Source of the DNA: Macrostomum lignano
Lineage: Eukaryota
Direction: 5' to 3'
Assembly (NCBI GenBank): GCA_002269645.1
Contig: NIVC01005189.1
Coordinates: 1-22,649, forward strand
DNA: 22,649 bases
The notes beneath the pieces were generated by a model. It did not search any database. It saw only the letters and a list, made by a program, of their open reading frames with translations, and was not told the origin of the DNA. The position numbers were made by a program, and so were the translations under genes. Below, piece after piece: positions 7,201 to 17,534 of this stretch (position 1 is its first letter; every line of letters begins with the position of its first letter).

Positions 7201-9865
7201 ATGTCGTCTTCGTCAGCGCTGTCATCGGTGGAGAACCAGCTGAACAATCAGCAGCCTCTGTCGCCACAAGTCTCCGGCGTCCAAACTCGAATGTCGAAAA
7301 TCTCCGACTTCGACATCGGCTGCCCGCTCGGCAAGGGCAAGTTCGGCAATGTGTATTTAGCCAAGGAGAAGAAGCACGATTTCCTGGTTGCTCTGAAGAT
7401 TCTGTTTAAAAGTCAGTTGGTCAAAGGTCGGATGGAGCACCAGCTTCATCGCGAGATTGAGATTATGAGTCATCTGAGGCATCCGCATATTCTGCAGCTC
7501 TATACAATGTTTTACGATCAGAAGCGCATCTACTTGGTGCTTGAGTACGCCTTTCGAGGCCAGATGTACTCCCTGCTCACCAGGATGGGCCGCTTCAGCG
7601 AGCGGAGGTCCGCCACCTACATGTACCAGCTAGCTGATGCCCTGGCCTTCTGTCATAGCAAGCAGGTCATTCACAGGGGTGAGTGAGAATCTCATGTAGC
7701 CAGATCTATTCTCATGGGTGAGAATCTCATGTAGTCAAATCTATTCTCATGTGTGAGAATCTCGTGTAGCCAGATCTATTCTCACGGGTGAGAATCTCGT
7801 GTAGCCAGATCTATTCTCATGAGTGAGAATCCCATGTAGCCAGATCTATTCTCATGGGTGAGAATCCCATGTAGTCAAATCTATTCTCATGTGTGAGAAT
7901 CTCGTGTAGCCAGATCTATTCTCACGGGTGAGAATCTCGTGTAGCCAGATCTGTTCTCATGAGTGAGAATCCCATGTAGCCAGATCTATTCTCATGGGTG
8001 AGAATCTCATGTAGTCAAATCTATTCTCATGTGTGAGAATCTCGTGTAGCCAGATCTATTCTCATGAGTGAGAATCCCATGTAGCCAGACCTATTCTCAT
8101 GAGTGAGAATCGCATGTAGCCAGACCTATTCTCATGGGTGAGAATCCCATGTATCCAAATATATTATTATGGGTGAGAATCTCATGTAGTCAAATCTATT
8201 CTCATGGGTGAGAATCTCGTGTAGCCAGATCTATTCTCATGGGTGAGAATCTCGTGTAGCCAGATCTATTCTCATGGGTGAGAATCTCATGTAGTCAAAT
8301 CTATTCTCATGTGTGAGAATCTCGTGTAGCCAGATCTATTCTCACGGGTGAGAATCTCGTGTAGCCAGATCTATTCTCATGAGTGAGAATCCCATGTAGC
8401 CAGATCTATTCTCATGGGTGAGAATCCCATGTAGTCAAATCTATTCTCATGTGTGAGAATCTCGTGTAGCCAGATCTATTCTCACGGGTGAGAATCTCGT
8501 GTAGCCAGATCTGTTCTCATGAGTGAGAATCCCATGTAGCCAGATCTATTCTCATGGGTGAGAATCTCATGTAGTCAAATCTATTCTCATGTGTGAGAAT
8601 CTCGTGTAGCCAGATCTATTCTCACGGGTGAGAATCTCGTGTAGCCAGATCTATTCTCATGAGTGAGAATCCCATGTAGCCAGATCTATTCTCATGGGTG
8701 AGAATCCAGTGCAGTTAGAACAGAGTCGAACCCCCGCTGCCCCATCGCAGACATCAAGCCGGAGAACCTGCTGCTGGGATTCTATTACGAGCTGAAGCTC
8801 GCCGACTTCGGCTGGTCAGTGCACGCGCCATCGCAGCGGAGGCGAACCCTGTGCGGCACCCTGGACTACCTGCCGCCAGAGATGGTCACAGGGGTCACCC
8901 ACGATGAAGGCGTCGACGTCTGGACGATGGGCGTCCTCTGCTACGAGATGCTGCACGGCTCGCCACCGTTCGAGGACGAAGATGAGCATGGGACCCAAAA
9001 ACGAATCGCTATGGTGGACTTCACCTTCCCCGAGCACATCTCTCCTCTGGCCAGGTGAGGCGGTTAGGAGGGGACAGTTTTGTCGTTTTCCGTTGCTTAC
9101 CGGTTTTTTTTTATGATTATTATTCTAATGTCAAATCTCATGAACCCACTTGCCGCCTCAAATGCCACTCCAATCTCATAAATCCCACTCCCCATCTCAT
9201 AAATCCCACTCCCCATCTCATAAATCCCACTCCCCATCTCATAAACCCCACTTCTAATCTCATGAATTAGTTTAGTTGGATAAATATTGTTTAAAGCGTG
9301 GATAAAGTTGGATATATCCTACTTTCCATCTCATAAATCTCAATTCCCATCTCGTAAATCTTACTTCCCATCTCAAAATCTCACCCACCACCTCATAAAT
9401 CTCACTTCCCGTCATAAATCTCACTTCCTATCTCATAAATCTCTCACTTCCCATTTCATAAATCTCACCCACCATCTCTAAATCTCACTTCCTATCACAT
9501 AGATCCCACTATCATCTCATAAATGTCACTTCTCATCTCAACTCTGAATTAACTCCCAAGCTTGCACTTTTGACATTAGAAAATTCCAATTATTTACGCC
9601 CCCTATATCTTTTATATATTGATTCCCATAAAAAACTGTTGCCATCAGAGACCTGATCAGCCGCATTCTGCGCAAGCGCTCCAAGGACCGCATCAGCCTC
9701 CAGGACATCCAGTGCCACCCGTGGATTGAACAGCACGCTACAAAATCTGTAGACACGAACCCCAGCCATCTGGAGTCTTACCTGCGCGAGGATTTCAATC
9801 GGACGATGAATGAAGAGTCCAAGGCTCTGCTGACCGACTGCACTGCTGAGAGTCACGGAGAGTGA
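7201..9865 (+). CDS. Aurora family Ser/Thr kinase (Aurora B-like), 3 coding exons, 332 aa
   Basis: Exons 7201-7678, 8751-9054, 9649-9865 join in frame (999 nt). Motifs: [24 protein letters not shown]|DIKPEN (split by a phase-1 intron), [34 protein letters not shown] (RxxL D-box), HPWI. The A/B/C orthology is not settled, so no symbol is given. Confidence 0.95.
7683..8707 (+). repeat. 35-bp tandem repeat (29 full copies + partial) gtgagaatc[t/c]c[a/g]tgtagccagatctattctcatgg, Aurora intron 1, with 4-unit higher-order structure
   Basis: gtgagaat recurs at 7683, 7718, 7753 and onward at an exact 35-nt period, with no spacers. Confidence 0.97.
9150..9541 (+). repeat. Degenerate ~21-bp tandem repeat aaatc[c/t]cact(t)cccatctcat, Aurora intron 2
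   Basis: Clean copies at ~9170-9260, degenerate copies at ~9320-9541. Confidence 0.8.
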
Positions 9866-11768
9866 TTGCCGGTATTTTCAAGGTGCAAATTTTAACTGAC
9901 CTACAATATACTGCAGCTCTAGCTCTGATGTGTGCATAAATGTTTGTATTAGTTATTTGCTATTAGTGTGACTAACTAACCTTTCCATCAATTACTACCT
10001 GTTGAGAACGTTGCCCTGACCAGAATTGCTAAGGAGTCATTGCACACAATATATTTAAGTCTCTAGCGATTCTAGAGCGATCTTTTTGTGACATTTTAAC
10101 GACACAAACGACTAACTCAAGTACTCTGGTACGCCTCAGATCCGACTGTACGGTCTCAGTCGCAGACAATTGAGACAGAAAACGTTTCAAATTGTTTTAG
10201 AGTCGTCTAGAGTCACTTCTTTCCTAGTTTACCTGTGTTACCTGCAACGACTCTATGCTGCTTCTTGGCCTTCTCGTTTTCATCGGGGTGGGGGCAATTT
10301 AGTTTGCAAAATACATGCAATTTTCTTTTTTATTTACATGTATGACCATCTTCATTACATTTGCATAATTCATATGCTATTACTAATGTAATAAACAATG
10401 AATTAGTAATGATATTAGCTTGAATTTCTGGTGCTGATTTATTTTTTCTACTTATTGCTCAAAGCTACAAGTCTTAATTAACACTCGTTGATTTAGCCGA
10501 TACCGATATATATTTACAATATTTTGTAAGTTTTTTCTGTCTTAATCAGCATTTTGTAAGAAACAGCTGGTAACTAAAATAGTATATTTTGTCCTGCGTA
10601 ATAAATTTTTTAATAAATGCTACTAATTAAATTGCCTGCTCGCAATATTTTATTTATTTTATTGTCAAAACATAAACACGTTTCTTAAGGGGCTTGTTGT
10701 TATTTGTATCAATACGCATCTTTAGTTAAGCATATATTAGGAACAAAGTATAGTTAATCAGCCAGTCTCAGGGGTTTATCTCAATTTTGCATAATGCCGG
10801 AGCAGTCGCAGACCAAACAGACATTTTTTGCCTGAAAATCTAAATAAAATTGATTAATATATCGATGAGTTTCTAGCTACTTAAATCTGTATGAGTAACT
10901 TCCCCTTGGGTTAGACAAAATGGGGAGACAACATTTTTATTTCAATTTTAAATTTGCATTTTTATGCAAATGCGAACAGGGTTAGAATTTGATTTATATT
11001 AAAATACGATCGATACGACAAATATGATTAATTGGTTGCTGGTCAATTGTTATATTCTATTTCGTCATATAGGATAACGAAGTGACCAGGAGCTAAGTAG
11101 CATTCTAAAGTAATATGAGATGAAGTTAGCAAATATTTTAATAATACCTGGAACCTAGGTTAATCAATACTTTGTTATCAATTTAAATCGGCTAAGTGGT
11201 GGATGACAATCCATTGCAACACACTCGTGTGTAACAATGCACATATAACTAAACCGTAAATTTGGACCCTTCGAGAGAGTAATCACCAGTAGAGATGGAC
11301 ACCAAGTCTTAATTATAAAAATGCAAACAGTTAATACTTTAAGCACACGTATTTGCATACAATAAATACTTTATACTCGTAAATGATCCACATTAATTCA
11401 CTTGGAATTGAAATGCTTGTGGATGACAAAATGACTCCCTTCAGTTAGTGTATGTTGATTAAGATGACGAAGTGACCAGAACCGGGAGGGGGGTCATACA
11501 TATAGACACCCTAGATGACGAAATGACTAGGGACGCTTTCATAACCGACCTCCTGCTAAACTGATATTAAAGCTAGATGTGCATACTGTACAAAAGGTAC
11601 TTGAATGTTATGCCTATGTTATACTTACTATGTACAACAATGACATTCCTTGATATCACCTTACCAAGTTAGAAGCAACTCAAATTTAATTAAATCTGAT
11701 GTGGACACTACTTGTACTGTAGTTTTCTGATCATCAAGCTTCTAGTGTGGGCTCAGAGAAGATAGTTG

Positions 11769-11860
11769 AGCTCGGGGTAGGTACTCGTAAAATTCACCAT
11801 GGCGATCTGTTTCTGAGTCCCGCGCTTCATCCTCGAGGAGTTGGACGAGGCCGCATGCAA
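11769..11860 (-). pseudogene. Decayed inverted fragment homologous to the 3' part of Aurora coding exon 2
   Basis: Minus strand reads ...ctc gag gat gaa g cgc ggg act cag aaa cag atc gcc atg gtg aat ttt acg agt acc tac ccc gag (GTQKQIAMVNF..TYPE). The gene reads ttc gag gac gaa gat gag cat ggg acc caa aaa cga atc gct atg gtg gac ttc acc ttc ccc gag ([15 protein letters not shown], ~8969-9034). Indels break the frame upstream. Confidence 0.75.
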
Positions 11861-13409
11861 CAACAACCCTCCTGTCCTGCAACGAAACTGCTGGGGCTGA
11901 ACGAACCGACTGAAGAAGTTGCGTTCAATCCTTCTCTGCACACGGGAAGAATATAGCCAGCATCAGACAAAATAACGCAGAGTTTCTGATTCCTGGAATG
12001 AGTTCGATAATCACCCAGCTGGTTCGGAATTCCACAAGAGCTGTTAACTGCCATTCTCGTTAGCAGAGCTTCCTGGCGCTGTCTCATTTCGTATTTACAA
12101 TTGGAAATAGCGGAATACCCTTTGTCGGCATCTATAATAGAGCTCTATGCGTTCTCGAGAGACTACTTAATGCAGTAGCAATAAGACAAATATGCGTTTT
12201 CTGCCGCGGCCTCCAGCTCATTTCTAAGAAAAGCGAGTTTTAGCGTCCCTATGAATTCGATGACTGGATATGAATGTATCAACTACAGGTAATCTTTGGA
12301 CTTGTCTACTTATAATACTATATGAGTAGTATATAAAACATCTGGACTTAAAACGTCTCGCTAACGTACGCGACTTTATAGAAACAATTCTATACTCATT
12401 TAGGTTTCTATACAGTAACCCATTTTTTTACATGGATTAAAGTCATGACTTACACTGCCTGAGCAAAAGTGTTTGACAGCATAAAAAATAAAGAATATTT
12501 TATTTAAGAGTTTCACCACAGTGTTAGTCGTTAAGCGGGGTATTACAGGAGGGTTTGGCTCTGAAAAATAACCACTTTCGGTACTGTAAGGAAAGAAAAC
12601 ACAAATCGGGATTACCGTTTGATTTATTAAGGGTTCTAGTTAATCATGATTAAGGGATAAGTCGTGTAGCTAAGTAGCTATAAGGAGTTCGGGACTGAAA
12701 TGCTTCTGAGAAATAAAAGTTACGTAGTAGGGGTACAGTACAGCTACACACGTTATATACACGTAGATATATGTATACTAGAATGTCATGCCTTAGTTGC
12801 TTTTCGGTTAATTAAAGGTCTTGCTTTGGCCTTTACAATCATGTCTGATTAATAACAGACAATCGGTAGACATAATTATCCGCTCTTGCACTTTCCACAC
12901 CATGCTTTATCCTACAGAGGCGTTTCATTCGCTAACACGTGAAAGTTTTCTTAATTTTTTTTTCTTAATGTGTTTTCTAAACTATAATTGAAGTTGGTCT
13001 TACGCTATTTTAACTCCTGCAAATATCGCGATTTAACTAATGGCATGGGCGGATAAGCGGATAATTTAGCGAAAATAGTGCATTTAGACTAGTTGCGCAA
13101 CCCCCAGTCGGTAGCTTCCACATATTGAAGCTTTTGATAAATCTTACCTGCAAGTGTAAAGATACTTTGATACTTCAAATCTGTTGTCACTCAACTCCTT
13201 AACAATGTAACAGACGTGCAGAACAGGTAATAGTAATCACAGTAAGCAAATATATATATACGTACAGAACTAAATGAAAATAGGTTCCTATTAAATGATT
13301 CAGCCGTAGCTTTAAATATATCGATATGAAGAATTAGTAGCGGGCATGCAGAAACAATTAGTAAACAACAAAGCGAATACAATTCGAACGACAGCATAGA
13401 TGAGAAATA

Positions 13410-15761
13410 TCACAGCAGATTGAGCTGCGCCATGTAAACTCTGCGCAAGATTGTCTGACAGTCCGCGAACACTCGCCTAATGTTCTCCGTGTCCACGGCT
13501 GTTGTGTAGTGCGGATAGCATCTGCGCTGCCCGTCGCCTTGGGCGATGGCCTGGAACTTGTCCCGCACGAAGCTCTTGGCCCTGGTCAGCTCCGGCTCCT
13601 CCTTGGGATTCTCTGAGTCCGGCCCCGGCTGAGGGTAGTTTTTGTACTCTTCGAAGAAGTCTTCCAGTTTCGTCTTTCCTTTAAGAATTTTTTCCTGCAA
13701 AGCAAAACCAAAATAAAAATTAGGGAAACAGCTTTTTTGGCCAAAATGTGTGCTCGTCTGGTGTGTTTTACTACACTATTACCTCCTATTTTGAACGAAC
13801 TCCCTTTGTACTCAAACAAGCGGACATCATTTCAGAGACTGGTACATAGGTTCTTTTCAATTCCTGAACGCGTTTAACTCGAAAATCAACTCCTATGCAA
13901 AAGGAAGATAATCGAAAGAGACAGATCGTTTTCAAATCAAACGTGATGGCTGAGTCCGTGAGCGGAGACATATAGAGGAAGAAGTGCGAGACGAACTGCT
14001 TGATGAGGAAGGCAAAGACTGGACAGAGGAATATAAGTCAATTGTTTGCCGTTTGATTTGATATGTTCTTCTTGTGTTAGCTGATACTGCGAGCGTACCA
14101 GTTTGTCTATGGTCCCACTTAGTAATATATAATAGCTAGCACCTGCTGAACTCATCCATTGCCCTTGCCTTTCGTGTCAACCGTCCAGCAAGGTGACCTA
14201 CATTTAGTAGCTTACTACAAGCCAAATGCCGACACCCCGTGCTCCCAGGCGAAGTTCCTAATGACCGACCGACACTTACAGAGACATAACAAAGTTATTG
14301 TTTGTTAATGATAGTTATGATAATACGCGCATACTTAAGAGATCATAGACTTTAGACTTGCCCATAGACACTCTGCTCTGGCTGAATTAAAAAGGTTATG
14401 TTCATGGATAAAGGAATATCATGGAATGCTCATCTGATATAATCTAGGGTCAATTTGCCTGATGAAAGTTAATAATAATTTTGGGCTGGTGAGAAGTCCA
14501 TAGGCGACAGCTCGGTGCATTATTTGGCTTTTGCACTTGCAAGCATGACTAGCGGCTGGGATGCATCTGACAGACTGACTCAGCAGCAAATTAATCCTAC
14601 GGGGGGTATTTTTAACTTTCATCAGCCAGCAGTTTCCAACGGGGTGTAAATTTCAAGTAGAAAATCAACCTAAACAACATCCTTACGTCTGCATCAGTGT
14701 CTGAATGGATGTTCCGTTTCTTTGAATAAATATGAAGCTTGTTCAAAAAAGTAGGTAAAAAAGGTTTTAGTAACCAGTAATTAATTACCTGGAAGGTGTC
14801 CTGTTTATTTAGAAACAGGATAACCGAATTCTGCTTCAGATAACGATTGTTCCAAATAGTACGAAAGAGCTCAATTGACTCTTTTAGCCGATTCTGAGTC
14901 GGGTCCTCGCGCAATCTCGAATCGTAGCCAGAGCAAGCGCAGACGAAAATTACCGCGGTGATGTCGTGAAACACCTGCAAGTCGAATGCCAAAAAAATTC
15001 TGTCACTCTCTAAATACAGAAATCACTCTATGGCTCCCAATTTGTCTCACCTGAATCCACTTGCGTCGCTCCTCTCTCTGTCCACCCACGTCAAACATGT
15101 GAAACATCACCTTTTCGACTGTGAACTTGGTCTCGAAGATGCCCGACGTGAGGACTCGACAGCGCAGGATGTCCTGCTCGTCCGGGAGGTACTCCGGCTT
15201 GGCCACCTCTGCGCACTTGTCCAGAAACCATTTTGCTGAGTCGATCAGCTGGTATTCGTTGGATCGACTAAATGCCTCTTGAACGCCTTTGTCCTTCCAC
15301 AATGTGCAGCAGTATTCAAAGAATTTTTCCGGATAGTCGAAGTCCTTTGCGGTAGACTCGTTTTGCACGTAGTCAACGTACTCCTGGTACTCGGGGTGCT
15401 CCAGCTGCACTGGCGGATTCAGGTTGGGCATGGCACCGGTGATTGATAGCATACCGTCGCGAATGTTTCGCCGAATGTCTGGCACCTTCTCCCGTCGAGC
15501 CGAGTCATCGTAGCCCGTCAAATAGAGGATCTGCATCTGCTTGATCAGCGTGGACTTGCCGGACTCTCCGGCGCCCACCACGGGTATTTTATGCGTCATG
15601 GCGTGCTGCTTCTTCTCCTGCTTCAGCTTCTTCTCAATATCGTCCTTTCGCTCCTTCGCCTTGTCTTTGCCGGCCGACTTTGCCATCTTTCCCGAGCCGG
15701 GTACCTTGCCGTTGGCAACCTCGCCATCGCCGTCTTTGGTTTTGGGCCGGAAGCAGCTCAT
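13410..15761 (-). CDS. Heterotrimeric G protein alpha subunit, Gs family, divergent paralog; 3 coding exons, 393 aa
   Basis: Exons 15761-15051, 14974-14789, 13694-13410, all phase 0 and GT-AG. Motifs: [33 protein letters not shown] (Gs Arg201 equivalent), [67 protein letters not shown] and [11 protein letters not shown] are Gs-class signatures. Start taken as MSCF at 15761; the track's 15851 start is a TTG. Confidence 0.93.
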
Positions 15762-17158
15762 CGTGACGGCCAGTTGCTGGCAGTAAAACTTCCGGGCCTT
15801 AAGGGTCTCGGGGGAAGCCGCAGAAGGGGACCTACAGTAATTCGATGACAATTCGTTCTGTGCAGAGAAATTCTGTTCGGTTATGTATAGCTGCTGTCAC
15901 TTTTTCCTTTTCTGCGCTACTGATAAACTGTCTTCTCAGCCTACCTATTTTGGATGGAATGGCACAGTTAGCAGTCTTGGTTAAAAAAATTGAGCTTTTT
16001 TTTCCTAGCAGAATGTTGGAATTTGCCACTCTGTATCTTTGCTTCGCTATTTTCTTTCTTTTTCTTCTCTTTATTTTTCTCTCTCCTCACCCAGTCGAAC
16101 CCAACCTGCTCACAGTTGCAGTACTGGCAGAGTTTGTGCGTGCTCTGGTGCCACACTCCATCCCAGACTCCCCATGCGCTTCATCGTCCTTTCTAGCTCT
16201 TTCTTTCGCTCAAGTCTGGGCGGGAGTAGTAGAATGCCACTTCGTGCTGTGAGACTCACGATCGCGCATCATGACCATCGTTGACCGCACGTCGTTGTTG
16301 CGCCAACCTTCCCTGGTCTCTGTGTGCCAGAAGGCAACAATCCCTGCCGTACGTGTTTCAGTTTATTTTTAAGACAGATAGAGAGACGGAGGGGCAGAGG
16401 TGAGGGTTTAGCGTCTTGTTTACTCTGCAAATTTTGCTTTCTGCAACAATGCCAGCCGCAGCCTCACTCCACTCAAATATAGCCACCTCAACGCCGAAGC
16501 CCTCAGTTACTGTTACACTACTTATAATCACTCGCTCCGTCAGTGCGACTTGCGCTCAGTTGCAGCGGCTGCTCGACTCCAAGCATAGGTGCAAACAGTT
16601 ATTAAAGAAGTAGACCTAATTCCATCTCTCCCCAGTCTCCACACTGTTCATTGGTCCACAATTGACAACAAGGTACGATATTGCAAGTTCTATAGTCTCA
16701 GGCGGAGTCAGGCCCGCAACTCTTCAACTCTTCAGCAATGATGGAAAGTGGAAATAGGGCTAAAAACAACAATGAGAAATACTGGCTCGTATTATTTAAC
16801 TCTATTTTCGGGCATCCGAGCTTTTATAGAGAGGAAGAAATAACTTAAAATTCTGCATAGAGACGGCTTTTTATCGCGAAAAAATTGTGCAGTCATTTGC
16901 AGTCAGTTCATTGCCTGGGTCTCTGCATCTGCTCTAGACTCCAGCCTCAAACCGCATCTCTGTAGCACCCGTCACAGACTATTTTTGTCACTAAGACGGG
17001 ACGGGCAGATATTCACTAGTACGCAACTTTCTAAGGTTAATTAAACTGGCTCTGAAAAAACTGCAGTTGGCAGTCAACATTGGGTTTGAAGTGCAATGTG
17101 AAGTTTGTTATGCTTTTTTATCCTGGCTCCAGTTACCTAGGACCGATTCTAGGTGTCC

Positions 17159-17534
<376 letters not shown>

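Noticed and set aside
5207-7201. Operon or trans-spliced polycistron of ALDH7A1 and Aurora (same strand, close spacing)
   Set aside because: Spacing and orientation alone are insufficient; no spliced-leader evidence is visible in genomic DNA.
7683-8707. 35-bp quasi-palindromic repeats resembling a CRISPR array
   Set aside because: Units are directly adjacent with no unique spacers, they lie inside a spliceosomal intron, and there are no cas genes.
12050-12265. Minus-strand words IHRDAK and LLTRM resembling Aurora motifs, upstream of the relic exon
   Set aside because: Their order is reversed relative to Aurora and the spacing to the GTQK block does not fit; likely chance.
13945-14060. Plus-strand acidic coding-like stretch ([28 protein letters not shown]) inside G-alpha intron 2
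   Set aside because: Short, bounded by stops, no recognisable family or splice partners; cannot be supported without a search.
15845-16252. 135-aa hydrophobic plus-strand ORF
   Set aside because: Non-ATG start, derived from T-rich sequence antisense to the G-alpha leader; no domain pattern.
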